DNA of 64,000 bases from Fidelibacterota bacterium (GCA_016934035.1 JAFGTP010000012.1:11879-75878); one strand, 5' to 3'; shown: positions 1-9,803, numbered from the stretch's first letter. Made by a program: numbers and translations. Notes: generated by a model from the letters alone, not told the origin.

Positions 1-910
1 CGCAGTCTGCCCCGGTATCACCACCTCCGATGACGACTACAGTTTTATCTTTTGCAGATATCCGGTCTGCTTTGTTTATTTTTTCACCGGCGTTGGTCCT
101 GTTTTGTTGTGTCAGGTAGTCCAGGGCCTGGTGAATTCCTTGCAGATCTCTTCCGGGGATATTCAGTTCCCGGGCTGTTCTGGCTCCGGTGGCAATCAAA
201 ACAGCATCATAACTTTTCAATAGATAATTGAAAGAAATATCCACTCCGATTTCGACGCCTGTTTCAAATTTGACACCTTCCTTTTCCATTTGCTGAATCC
301 TTCGGTCGATTTTAGTTTTATCCAGTTTATAATCCGGAATACCATAGCGCAGCAATCCACCGATTTTGCTGGCTTGTTCAAAGACGATGACAAGGTGGCC
401 GGCCCGTGCTAATTGTTGGGCTGCTGCCAGACCGGAGGGGCCGGAACCGATGATGGCCACTTTCCGTCCGGTTTTTGTTGCACAAGCCTGGGGCGTGATA
501 TAACCGGAATCCCAACCGTGTTCGACAATTTGCAGTTCAATCTGACGAAAGGACACCGCTTCATCATCAAGGGTAAGGGTACAGGCCTCCTCGCAGGGGG
601 CAGGACAGATCCGGCCGGTGAATTCCGGAAAATTATGGGTTGAATGCAAAATAGCCAGGGCTTCTTTCCAGAGCCCGCGAAAAACCTTGTCATTGATATC
701 AGGTATTCGATTGGCCAGCGGACAGCCAAAATCATGACAGAATGGAACACCACAATTCATACAGCGTGCAGCCTGTATGTTTAATTGTTCTTCTGTCAAA
801 GGTTTTTCAAATTCTTCAAAATTTTTCAAACGTTCTTCAACATTTAATTTTTCCGGATATTGTCGTTTGTAGGTCAAAAATCCGGTCCTTTTATCCAAAT
901 TAACCATCAT
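1..910 (-). CDS. gltD: Glutamate synthase small subunit (NADPH-dependent, GltD type); 3' end lies beyond the window edge
   Basis: Absent from the ORF track because it runs off the window. My translation of the minus strand from ATG 910/907 gives MMVNLDKRTGFLTYKRQYPEKL...CMNCGVPFC...CPAPCEEAC...KVAIIGSGPSGLAAAQQL...VVVIGGGDTGADC. These are the two Cys clusters and both GxGxxG dinucleotide folds typical of GltD. The start overlaps the gltB stop (900-902). Confidence 0.85.
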   Translation of the reverse strand, partial: MMVNLDKRTGFLTYKRQYPEKLNVEERLKNFEEFEKPLTEEQLNIQAARCMNCGVPFCHDFGCPLANRIPDINDKVFRGLWKEALAILHSTHNFPEFTGRICPAPCEEACTLTLDDEAVSFRQIELQIVEHGWDSGYITPQACATKTGRKVAIIGSGPSGLAAAQQLARAGHLVIVFEQASKIGGLLRYGIPDYKLDKTKIDRRIQQMEKEGVKFETGVEIGVDISFNYLLKSYDAVLIATGARTARELNIPGRDLQGIHQALDYLTQQNRTNAGEKINKADRISAKDKTVVVIGGGDTGADC

Positions 911-3900
911 ACACCTCTTCTGTAACGGACAGGGTTTCCTTATCGTAATCTTCCTTGAGACTGATTCTCTCCAGCGCCATCTTATAGTCAATTGGCATGA
1001 CTTTTACGAATAATGGAAAATGGACTTCCCAATCTTCGAGTATCATTTTGGCCTTTTCGCTGCCGGTTTCGTCCAGGTGCTTTTTGATCAGGTTTTTGAG
1101 TTCTTTCTGGTCTTTTTCATGCCAGACGGTTTCGAGATCGACCATATCCAGATTGCAAAGATTGTCAAAGAGTTCAGAATTGTCATAGACATAGGCTATG
1201 CCGCCACTCATGCCGGCTGCAAAGTTTTTTCCGGTTTCACCCAGAACAACAACCTTTCCGCCGGTCATGTATTCACAGCCGTGGTCACCAATGCCTTCCA
1301 CCACTGCAGTAGCACCGCTATTACGGACGCAAAATCGTTCACCTGCCCGGCCTCGAATGAAAACCTCGCCGCCTGTGGCCCCAAAAAGGACGACATTTCC
1401 GCAAATCACATTGTTTTCGGCCTTAAATTTGGCCTTTGGTGAGGGCACGACGACGATTTTTCCGCCGGACATTCCTTTGCCCAGGTAGTCATTGACATCG
1501 CCGAAGATTTTGAAATTGATGCCGGTAATCAGAAAAGCGCCAAAACTCTGGCCTGCCGATCCGGTAAAAATAACTTTCAATTGATTGGCTTTTAAGCCCT
1601 TAATGCCCAGTTCTTTGGTAATTTTTCCACTGATTTCTGCTCCGATAGTGCGATTGATATTTCTGATTTTCAGGTCTAATGAGACAGGCTCTCTGGTTTT
1701 GATCAGGTGGTCGGCAGCTTTCAATAACTCATTATCCAATTCTGAATATTGGATGCGAGTGAGCTCATTCTCGCCTTTCAACATAATATTTTTCTGGATG
1801 TGATCGGTATTGAGAATACCCGATAAATCAATTTTGTGGGCTTTCCACAGGTTGATGGCCGGATTGAAATCCAGACGGTCGACGCGGCCTACCATCTCAT
1901 CGATTGTAGCAAAACCCAGTTGGGCCATGATTTCGCGCAATTCCCGGGCTATAAAATGCATGAAGTTAATGATATATTCGGGTTTTCCGGTAAACCGGCC
2001 GCGAAGTCTGGCATCCTGAGTGGCAACACCGACAGGGCAGGTGTTTTTATGGCATTTTCGCATCATGACGCAGCCAACGCAGATAAGGACAGAGGTGCCA
2101 AAACCAAATTCTTCGGCACCCAGCAGTGTGGCGATGGCCAGATCACGACCTGTTTTCAACTGACCATCGACCTGGAGCCGTACATTTTTCCGCAATCCGT
2201 TGAAAACCAGGGATTGCTGGGTCTCTGCCAGGCCCAATTCCCAGGGCAGTCCGGCATGTTTAATGGCTGTCAGCGGTGAGGCGCCTGTGCCGCCTTTTTG
2301 ACCGGATATCAAAATCATATCGGCTTTAGCTTTGGCGACGCCGGAAGCAATCGTGCCGACGCCTGCTTCAGAAACCAGTTTAACCGATACCCGTGAATTA
2401 CTGGTGACTTTTTTCAGGTCAAATATCAACTGGGCCAAGTCTTCGATGGAATAAATATCATGATGGGGCGGCGGTGATATCAGGGTCACACCGGGTGTCG
2501 TATGGCGGATTTTAGCGATTTCTTCGCTGACTTTGTGACCTGGCAGTTGGCCGCCTTCTCCGGGTTTTGCACCCTGGGCCATTTTAATCTGAATTTCATC
2601 GGCGTTGACTAAGTATTCAGTGGTAACGCCAAACCGTGCGGAAGCCACTTGGCGAATTCGGGACCTTTTGGTGTCACCGTTTTGGTAGACGATTGCTCTT
2701 TCCGGGTCCTCACCGCCTTCACCGGAATTGGATTTGGCACCCAGCCGGTTCATGGCAATGGCAATGGTTTCATGGGCCTCTTTGCTGATGGACCCCATGG
2801 ACATGGCTGCCGATACAAATCTTTTGACGATACTTTCTACCGGTTCAACCTGATTGATATCAATGGATGTGCATTTTTTAAATTTTAGCAGACCTCGCAG
2901 CAATCCTCCGTCTTTGTATTTATGGTCCATTTCAGTGGTAAATTCTTTATATAACAGGTAATCACCCTGGCGGACAGCTTTTTGAAATTTATGGATTGAG
3001 GAGGCATCCCAGAAATGCTGCTCTCCATCTTTACGGACACGGTATTCTCCGCCAGAATCCAGTACTTTGTTTTCAATATTGTCTGAAAAAGCCCTGTTAA
3101 AACGGTGTAAAACCTCGTCGGATATTTCTTTGAGGCCCAGACCACCTATTCGTGATACAGTGCCGGTGAAATATTTTCTGATGACGGACTTGTTAATGCC
3201 AACAGCTTCAAAGATTTGGTTTCCCCAGAAACTATGAAGGGTGGAAATTCCCATGCGACTGAAAGTTTTAAGCAGTCCTTTTTTGACTGCTGTGATGTAG
3301 CGATCCATGGCTTCTTCGGATGATTTTACCGGGTGCAGCATGTTTTTTTGAAACAGGTCATCAATGGTGTAATAGGCCAGATAAGGACAGATAGCATCAG
3401 TTCCATAGGCCAGTAAGAGTGCGAAGTGCATAATTTCCCTGATTTCGCCGGATTCCACAATGATTGCAGCAGCCGTTCTCAATCCTTTTTTTAACAGATG
3501 ATGATGAAGGCCTGCGGCAGCCAGCAAAGACGGAATCGGCGCATGATTTTGATTCATTCTTTTGTCGGTGAGAATAATCATCGCCACATTTTCCTGAATA
3601 TGTTGTTCCGCTTGTCTGAAAATTTCCACCATGGCTGTTTCAAGATTTTCTCCGGTTTTGTCCGGCGTGTATAATATATCGATTTCCCGACAGGTTAGAT
3701 CGGAATTTTTATTTTCTTTTAGTTTTTTCAAATCGGTTATGCTCAGAATGGGGTGATGGAGCTTCAAACTGCTGTAATACTGAGAGGTCTCTTCAAGTAT
3801 ATTGTTTTCTTTTTCCAGGAAACTCTCCAGAGACATGACCAGTTCTTCACGAAGAGGGTCAATCGGCGGGTTGGTGACCTGGGCAAACATCTGTTTAAAA

Positions 3901-5465
3901 TAATTAAACAGCAAGTTATCTTTTTTGGATAAGACCGTTAATGCGGTATCGTTACCCATGGAGCCGATGGCTTCCTGGCCTTTTCTTGCCATAGGTCGCA
4001 GGATTTTGTGGCAAACTTCTTCGGTATATCCGAAAGCAAATTGTTTTTCCAGCAATTCCTTTGCTTCCATGCTATGGGTCTCATCGGGAGCAAATAGGCC
4101 TCGCAGTTCCAGACGCCTGTTTTTTACCCAGCGGCGATAGGGTTTTTGGCGGGAGATTTTGGATTTGATTTCTTTGTCGGGTACGACTCTTTTCTCCTGA
4201 AAATCTAGCAGAAGCATTTTTCCTGGCTGAAGCCGGCCCTTGGTTTTGATTTTGGCTTCATCAATATCCAGAACGCCGGTTTCCGAAGAAAGGATGATTT
4301 TGTCGTCATCGGTGATGATATAGCGGGAAGGTCGCAATCCGTTTCTGTCCAGGGTGGCGCCAAGATATCGTTCATCACAAAAAACCAACGAAGCCGGGCC
4401 GTCCCAGGGTTCCATAATTGAAGAATGGAATTCATAAAAGGCCCGTTTGTCCTCAGACATTTGAATATTGGCGGAGGTTGCTTCCGGCACCATCATCATC
4501 ATGGAATGTGGCAGGGAACGGCCACCGTTTACCAGCAGTTCCAGGACATTGTCAAAAATTGCTGAATCGCTGCCAGTCTCGTCAATGATCGGTTTAATAT
4601 TTTGGATTTTTTCTCCGAAAAGGGGGGATTGCATGATGGCTTCCCGGGCTTTCATTCGGTTAATATTTCCGCGCAAAGTATTGATTTCTCCGTTATGGGC
4701 AATATAGCGGAAAGGTTGGGCAAGGTTCCAGGAGGGCAATGTATTGGTGCTGAATCGTTGGTGGACAATACAGAAAGACACCTTGAATTCCGGGTCCTGC
4801 AGGTCTAGATAAAAGTTCCGCAGTTGTTCGGAGGTCAACAAACCTTTATAAATAATGGAATAGTGTGAGAGACTGGGAATATAAAACTGTGAATTGTCGC
4901 CGCTTAATTCCGTTCGGACATATTTTTCAATTCGGCGTCGGATGATATAAAGTTTTCTTTGAAAGTCTTTACCGGTCAGATTATTTGACCCGATAAACAC
5001 CTGCTTGATATCCGGTTCGGTACTGCGGGCTAATTGTCCCAGAGAGGAATTGTCCGTATCGACATTTTTCCATCCCAGGGGTGCACAGTTTTCCTCTTCG
5101 GTTATTCGATTGAAATGGTCAATGATCTGAGTGGAGGCCATTTCGCTGTTTGGTAAAAAGATCAGGCCGGTCCCATATTTTCCATAGGATGGCAGTTGCA
5201 AGTCTTCATATTTCTTTTTATAAAATGAATCGGGAATCTGAAACAGAAGTCCGGCTCCGTCCCCTGTTTTCGCATCGCCTCCCACGGCGCCGCGATGTTC
5301 CATGTTTTGAAGAACAGTGATGCCGTTTTCAACAATGGAATACTCTCTCTTCCCGTTGATGTTGGCGATAAAGCCAATTCCGCAGGCGTCATGCTCAAAA
5401 CGAGGATCGTAAAGCCCCTGGCTGACAGTCTGCCCTGCAGCATTTTTTTTAAAATTGTTCATCAT
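900..5465 (-). CDS. gltB: Glutamate synthase large subunit (1521 aa)
   Basis: N-terminal Ntn amidotransferase start (CGIGFIANINGK), FMN/TIM-barrel central region, and C-terminal GXGXG beta-helix region (GDHGCEYMTGG). The length is typical of GltB, and gltD follows immediately. Confidence 0.95.
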   Translation of the reverse strand: MMNNFKKNAAGQTVSQGLYDPRFEHDACGIGFIANINGKREYSIVENGITVLQNMEHRGAVGGDAKTGDGAGLLFQIPDSFYKKKYEDLQLPSYGKYGTGLIFLPNSEMASTQIIDHFNRITEEENCAPLGWKNVDTDNSSLGQLARSTEPDIKQVFIGSNNLTGKDFQRKLYIIRRRIEKYVRTELSGDNSQFYIPSLSHYSIIYKGLLTSEQLRNFYLDLQDPEFKVSFCIVHQRFSTNTLPSWNLAQPFRYIAHNGEINTLRGNINRMKAREAIMQSPLFGEKIQNIKPIIDETGSDSAIFDNVLELLVNGGRSLPHSMMMMVPEATSANIQMSEDKRAFYEFHSSIMEPWDGPASLVFCDERYLGATLDRNGLRPSRYIITDDDKIILSSETGVLDIDEAKIKTKGRLQPGKMLLLDFQEKRVVPDKEIKSKISRQKPYRRWVKNRRLELRGLFAPDETHSMEAKELLEKQFAFGYTEEVCHKILRPMARKGQEAIGSMGNDTALTVLSKKDNLLFNYFKQMFAQVTNPPIDPLREELVMSLESFLEKENNILEETSQYYSSLKLHHPILSITDLKKLKENKNSDLTCREIDILYTPDKTGENLETAMVEIFRQAEQHIQENVAMIILTDKRMNQNHAPIPSLLAAAGLHHHLLKKGLRTAAAIIVESGEIREIMHFALLLAYGTDAICPYLAYYTIDDLFQKNMLHPVKSSEEAMDRYITAVKKGLLKTFSRMGISTLHSFWGNQIFEAVGINKSVIRKYFTGTVSRIGGLGLKEISDEVLHRFNRAFSDNIENKVLDSGGEYRVRKDGEQHFWDASSIHKFQKAVRQGDYLLYKEFTTEMDHKYKDGGLLRGLLKFKKCTSIDINQVEPVESIVKRFVSAAMSMGSISKEAHETIAIAMNRLGAKSNSGEGGEDPERAIVYQNGDTKRSRIRQVASARFGVTTEYLVNADEIQIKMAQGAKPGEGGQLPGHKVSEEIAKIRHTTPGVTLISPPPHHDIYSIEDLAQLIFDLKKVTSNSRVSVKLVSEAGVGTIASGVAKAKADMILISGQKGGTGASPLTAIKHAGLPWELGLAETQQSLVFNGLRKNVRLQVDGQLKTGRDLAIATLLGAEEFGFGTSVLICVGCVMMRKCHKNTCPVGVATQDARLRGRFTGKPEYIINFMHFIARELREIMAQLGFATIDEMVGRVDRLDFNPAINLWKAHKIDLSGILNTDHIQKNIMLKGENELTRIQYSELDNELLKAADHLIKTREPVSLDLKIRNINRTIGAEISGKITKELGIKGLKANQLKVIFTGSAGQSFGAFLITGINFKIFGDVNDYLGKGMSGGKIVVVPSPKAKFKAENNVICGNVVLFGATGGEVFIRGRAGERFCVRNSGATAVVEGIGDHGCEYMTGGKVVVLGETGKNFAAGMSGGIAYVYDNSELFDNLCNLDMVDLETVWHEKDQKELKNLIKKHLDETGSEKAKMILEDWEVHFPLFVKVMPIDYKMALERISLKEDYDKETLSVTEEVYDG

Positions 5466-5495
5466 TTCTGTCCTGTGTGTGTTTTGTGTTGTGTA

Positions 5496-5510
5496 TAAAA
5501 TCAGTGCCTG
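5496..5510 (-). promoter_or_regulatory. Weak candidate sigma-54 type -24/-12 element upstream of gltB (aGGCAC-N5-TTAT)
   Basis: The minus strand reads AGGCACTGATTTTAT about 30 nt upstream of the gltB ATG. The -24 GGCAC is good, but the -12 GC is replaced by AT. Confidence 0.15.
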
Positions 5511-5556
5511 TAAAATAAAATTCCCGGAGAGTCCCGATTTAAACGGGACTTCCGGG
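5511..5556 (-). terminator. Rho-independent terminator of glnN
   Basis: The minus strand reads CCCGGAAGTCCCG-tttaaat-CGGGACTCTCCGGG followed by AATTTTATTTT. It lies 20 nt after the glnN stop. Confidence 0.7.
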
Positions 5557-5575
5557 ACCCGTGCAAGAAAATAAT

Positions 5576-7717
5576 TTATAGATTAAACAGCATTTTGCTA
5601 TATTTGGGTAATGGCCAGATTTCATCCGGCATCATTTCCTCCAGCTCATCGATTTTTTCTCTGGCGGCAGCCATGATACCCAGAATTTTATCGGGATAAA
5701 ATTTGGTCCGGGTTGGAAGAGATTCGATCTCGCGAGATTCTTTGAGTTTTGTATGAATTTCTGCAACGGATTCTTTGATAAATTTCATCGATTCCAGGAT
5801 TTTATTCAGATCCGTTTCAAAGGGTTTTGAAAAATCCGAATCAACCAAATCCGGAATTGAACGAAGGTCTTTAACCATGCCAATTAACTCTTTTATTTGT
5901 TTTTGCAGGGCTGGTAAAATCATCGTGTTGGTGAGATTGTTGAATGTCGCCAGTTCAATTTCAAGATCGCTGATGTATTTTTCCATCATGGCTGTGTGAA
6001 AAAGGTCTAGTTCAACTTCGGTGTATATTTCTTTTCTGAGGAACATTTTTTTATTTTTTAAGGAAACGATGGCATCCAGTGCATAGCCGGTATTGGGCAG
6101 GATGGGTAAGCCACGATTGGCCGCTTCTGTTTTCCATTCATCAGAATAGTTATTGCCTTCAAAGCGTACGACTTCTGTTTCCTTGATGTATTTTTGTAGC
6201 ACTGTCTGCACAGCCTCTCCGAGGTTTTTTCCGGCATTCATCTGGGATGAGATTTCTTCATAAATTTTGTCCAGTGAATCTGAAACAGTGGCGTTCAGGA
6301 CAATATTGGGGAAGGAGACAGACTGTCTGGAGCCGACGGCCCTGAATTCGAATTTTGAACCCGTAAAGGCAAAGGGAGAGGTTCGGTTTCTGTCTGTATT
6401 ATGCTTGATAATGGGAGGAAGTTTATCCACCCCAAGGTTCAAAAAGGTCTCGCCATTGCTTTCAATGGTTTTGCCTTTTTTTATTGCATCCAACACTCTG
6501 TTCAAGGTTTCACCCAGGAAGACAGACATGATTGCCGGTGGTGCTTCATGTCCGCCTAAACGGTGGTCATTCCCGGCGCTGGCAGCTGTGGCCCTGAGCA
6601 GTCCGCCATGTTCGTAAACAGCGTTTAAAACGGCGACTAGAAACACAAGGAACTGCATATTCTCATGGGGTGTTTCTCCGGGGTCAAGAAGGTTATTGCC
6701 TTCGGAATCCATGAGGGACCAGTTGTTGTGTTTTCCACTGCCATTGATGCCGGCAAAGGGCTTTTCATGGAGCAACATGGCCAGTCCGTGGCGATTGGCC
6801 ACTTTGGCCATAATATCCATGGTAATCTGGTTTCTGTCAGCACCAATATTGGTTTCATTGAAAATCGGGGCAATTTCAAACTGATTTGGGGCCACTTCAT
6901 TGTGCCGGGTTTTGGAAGGAATTCCCAGTTTGTCCAGTTCGATTTCCGCATCATCCATATAAGCGAGTATACGATCTTTGATGGAACCAAAATAATGGTC
7001 ATCCAATTGTTGCGCTTTGGTAGGCATTGCACCGAACAGGGTTCTGCCGGTCAATTGCAGATCGAGGCGCTTGTCATAATAATTTTTGTCAATGAGAAAA
7101 TATTCCTGCTCTGCACCAATAGTAGAGACAACGCTGGTGGCTGTGGTATTGCCAAAGAGTTTTAATATTTTTAAAGCCGAATCATTGATGGCTTTCATAG
7201 AACGTAGCAAGGGGGTTTTTTTGTCTAACGCTTCACCGTTATAACTAATAAATACCGAGGGAATACATAGAACGCCGCCTTTTTTGCTTTCCATAATGAA
7301 AGCCGGTGATGTCGGGTCCCAGGCTGTATATCCGCGGGCTTCAAAGGTTGAGCGAGTTCCCCCGCTGGGGAATGATGAGGCGTCCGGTTCACCCTGGATC
7401 AACTGGCTGGCCCTGAATCTTTCAATCACGTAGCCGTCGGTTTCAATTTCTAAAAAAGCATCGTGTTTTTCAGCGGTCAAACCGGTTAAAGGTTGAAACC
7501 AGTGGCAAAAATGAGTCGCTCCTTTGTTAATAGCCCATTCTTTCATGGCATGGGCAACGGTTGTTGCAAGGTTGGCGTCCATTTTTTCATTAGATGAAAT
7601 CACGGCTTTCATTTTTTTGTAGGTGTCTCTGGGTAACAAATCGCGCATAACGGTGTCGTCAAAACAATTTTCACCAAAGCGACTGAGCCTGCTTTTTTTA
7701 ATTAAAACTTCCGACAT
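5576..7717 (-). CDS. glnN: Glutamine synthetase type III (713 aa)
   Basis: The length and sequence are characteristic of GSIII (long N-terminal domain, catalytic core ...NGSGKHNNWSL..., C-terminal extension). GAGGA RBS sits 5 nt upstream of the ATG. Confidence 0.9.
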   Translation of the reverse strand: MSEVLIKKSRLSRFGENCFDDTVMRDLLPRDTYKKMKAVISSNEKMDANLATTVAHAMKEWAINKGATHFCHWFQPLTGLTAEKHDAFLEIETDGYVIERFRASQLIQGEPDASSFPSGGTRSTFEARGYTAWDPTSPAFIMESKKGGVLCIPSVFISYNGEALDKKTPLLRSMKAINDSALKILKLFGNTTATSVVSTIGAEQEYFLIDKNYYDKRLDLQLTGRTLFGAMPTKAQQLDDHYFGSIKDRILAYMDDAEIELDKLGIPSKTRHNEVAPNQFEIAPIFNETNIGADRNQITMDIMAKVANRHGLAMLLHEKPFAGINGSGKHNNWSLMDSEGNNLLDPGETPHENMQFLVFLVAVLNAVYEHGGLLRATAASAGNDHRLGGHEAPPAIMSVFLGETLNRVLDAIKKGKTIESNGETFLNLGVDKLPPIIKHNTDRNRTSPFAFTGSKFEFRAVGSRQSVSFPNIVLNATVSDSLDKIYEEISSQMNAGKNLGEAVQTVLQKYIKETEVVRFEGNNYSDEWKTEAANRGLPILPNTGYALDAIVSLKNKKMFLRKEIYTEVELDLFHTAMMEKYISDLEIELATFNNLTNTMILPALQKQIKELIGMVKDLRSIPDLVDSDFSKPFETDLNKILESMKFIKESVAEIHTKLKESREIESLPTRTKFYPDKILGIMAAAREKIDELEEMMPDEIWPLPKYSKMLFNL

Positions 7718-7774
7718 ATTTTCCTCATAATTTAAAGGGTTGATAGTAAATCAAAATTTTTGTTCAGGGTTAAA

Positions 7775-7790
7775 ACAAAGGCCGTACCAA
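7775..7790 (-). promoter_or_regulatory. Candidate sigma-54 promoter for glnN (TGGTACG-N4-TTGT)
   Basis: The minus strand reads TTGGTACGGCCTTTGT. This has 13 of 15 positions of TGGCACG-N4-TTGC with correct spacing, ~60 nt upstream of the glnN ATG. A sigma-54 enhancer-binding protein is encoded divergently. Confidence 0.3.
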
Positions 7791-7980
7791 GGGCAATTAA
7801 TTATTTTAAACTTTTGTTTTTTAATGAATTTAAATAAATAGTTCGGGTAAAAATTAAATAAATTAATTTTTTGGGGACAAAATTCAATACAAAATCGTGT
7901 TATAATTTTTATGAAACTACTTTTTTGTAGGATTATTTAACCTTCAGGAGCAACCGGGTTTTTGAGATTTAAAAAAAATA

Positions 7981-8024
7981 TTACAAAATTGTGTTTAAAA
8001 TAAATTGTGTTTACAAATTTGTAA
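7981..8024. promoter_or_regulatory. Direct repeat (AAATTGTGTTTA x2) plus perfect 14-bp palindrome TTACAAATTTGTAA; candidate operator/UAS in the glnN-regulator divergent region
   Basis: Repeat copies lie at 7986-7997 and 8002-8013, and the palindrome at 8011-8024. The TTACAAA half-site also occurs at 7981-7987. Confidence 0.3.
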
Positions 8025-8102
8025 TTTGTTGCTTTATTTAGGACATCGCTAATTCCCAGTTGGAAAAAACTCTTTTCTTTTGCACTTTTTTTGGTTATTA
8101 TC

Positions 8103-8133
8103 TTGACAAAAGGTTAATTTTGTATTTGATAAT
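8103..8133 (+). promoter_or_regulatory. Possible sigma-70 type promoter of the sigma-54 activator gene (TTGACA-N19-GATAAT)
   Basis: Perfect -35 box at 8103-8108. The best -10 (GATAAT, 8128-8133) needs a long 19-bp spacer. Confidence 0.2.
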
Positions 8134-8153
8134 TACAATAATGTAGGTGACGA

Positions 8154-9698
8154 ATGGATTTGAGAACAAGTCAAACCAATATTTTTGATAAACTCGATAT
8201 TTTGATAGAAATCAATCAATCGGTCAGTAGAAATCTTAATCTCAAGGAATCCTTGAACGCAACTTTAAAAATCCTGAAACAATTATACAAGATTAATTCC
8301 GGCACTATTTTTTTAGTTGAAGACGAGAGTGATATCGTTCGTCCGGTGGCTTTTGTTGGATTCAAACAGGATATATTGCGGGGAAAATTCAGGATTGGTG
8401 AAGGGCTGACCGGAAGGATTATTGAATCGGGAAATCCGATCGTGGTGCCAATGGTTTCAAAGGAACCTCTTTTTATGAACCGCTATCACACATGGAACCC
8501 AAAATCTGACGATGAGTTGAGTTTTATTGGTGTACCCATTTCTCTGGACTATAAAACACTTGGTGCTCTGGTCATTACCTTTCCTTTTGAGCCTGGGCGG
8601 GATTATGAAATATCTGTTAAATTTCTTTCTTTGGTGGCTTCGGCTCTTTTGCAGCCCATCAGGGTTCAGAAGATTATTGAGCAGGAAAGAAAATCGTTAA
8701 TCGATGAGAATACCTCGTTGAAACACAAACTTCAGGCGGAATTCAGCATCAGCAATATTATTGGCAATTCCCATGAAATGCGGGAAATTATTGAACAGAC
8801 TAGTCGAATTGCACAATCCGACACAACTGTCATTATTCGGGGTGAATCCGGCACTGGAAAGGAGCTGATTGCCGAAGCAATTCACTATAATTCCAATCGA
8901 AAAGATCAGCCCTTTATTCGGGTCAATTGTGCGGCCATTCCGGACAATCTGATAGAATCGGAATTTTTTGGTTATGAAAAAGGCGCTTTTACTGGAGCGG
9001 ATAAAACCAAAAAAGGGCGGTTTGAACTGGCTGATAAAGGTACGATCTTTTTGGATGAAGTCGCTGATTTGTCGCCCATGACCCAGACTAAATTATTAAG
9101 GGTTTTACAGGAACAGGAATTTCAAAGAGTCGGGGGTACTGAAACAATTAAAGTGGACGTCAGAGTCATTGCTGCTACCAATGGGGACCTTGAAGCATTG
9201 ATTGAGCACAATAAATTCCGGGAAGACCTTTACTATCGTTTAAATGTATTTTCCCTGTGTTTGCCTTCCCTTCGTGAGCGCAAAGCAGATATTCTCTTGC
9301 TGGCTGATCATTTTATGTTGAAATATGGCCGGAAGCATAAAAAATCAGTCAAGCGCATTTCTACCCCTGCCATTGACCTTCTGATGTCTTATCACTGGCC
9401 CGGGAATGTACGTGAGCTGGAAAATTGTATTGAGAGAGCTGTGGTCATGAGTGATGACCAGGTGATTCATTCCTATTCTTTACCGGCTACCCTGCAATCA
9501 GCCGAAAGCAGCAATACTTACCAGCGATTATCTCTGGCAGATGCCGTACAAAATTATGAAAAAGAAATCATTCAGGATGCCTTAAAACAGACCCAGGGAA
9601 ATATTGCCAAAGCGGCACGAATATTAAGTTCCACGGAACGAATCCTGGGCTATAAAATCAGTAAATTCAGGATCAGGCCCGGACGGTTTAAAAATTAA
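8154..9698 (+). CDS. Sigma-54-dependent transcriptional activator, GAF-AAA+-HTH (NifA-like architecture, no receiver domain)
   Basis: N-terminal GAF-like region, Walker A GESGTGKE, the sigma-54 contact loop GAFTGA (EKGAFTGADK), an R-finger region, and a C-terminal Fis-type HTH (NIAKAARILSSTERILGYKISKF). Confidence 0.9.
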   Translation: MDLRTSQTNIFDKLDILIEINQSVSRNLNLKESLNATLKILKQLYKINSGTIFLVEDESDIVRPVAFVGFKQDILRGKFRIGEGLTGRIIESGNPIVVPMVSKEPLFMNRYHTWNPKSDDELSFIGVPISLDYKTLGALVITFPFEPGRDYEISVKFLSLVASALLQPIRVQKIIEQERKSLIDENTSLKHKLQAEFSISNIIGNSHEMREIIEQTSRIAQSDTTVIIRGESGTGKELIAEAIHYNSNRKDQPFIRVNCAAIPDNLIESEFFGYEKGAFTGADKTKKGRFELADKGTIFLDEVADLSPMTQTKLLRVLQEQEFQRVGGTETIKVDVRVIAATNGDLEALIEHNKFREDLYYRLNVFSLCLPSLRERKADILLLADHFMLKYGRKHKKSVKRISTPAIDLLMSYHWPGNVRELENCIERAVVMSDDQVIHSYSLPATLQSAESSNTYQRLSLADAVQNYEKEIIQDALKQTQGNIAKAARILSSTERILGYKISKFRIRPGRFKN

Positions 9699-9803
9699 TC
9701 AACCTTTGCTGGATATTGGCAATGTGCACCGGGGGGTTGAAAAATTGTTTGAGGGATCCATTTTTTTTGAATATCTTTACAAAAAATAAATGAGGATCAT
9801 GTG

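Noticed and set aside
409-753. ORF-track entries 409-753 (-) and 413-643 (+).
   Set aside because: Both are off-frame within the gltD coding region. The correct frame gives clear GltD motifs and is continuous from 910 to the window edge.
7718-8153. Classical NifA UAS (TGT-N10-ACA) and glutamine-riboswitch-like sequence upstream of glnN.
   Set aside because: I stepped through every TGT in 7980-8030 and none is followed by ACA at N10. The glnN leader contains no glnA-RNA-like conserved segments that I can recognise.
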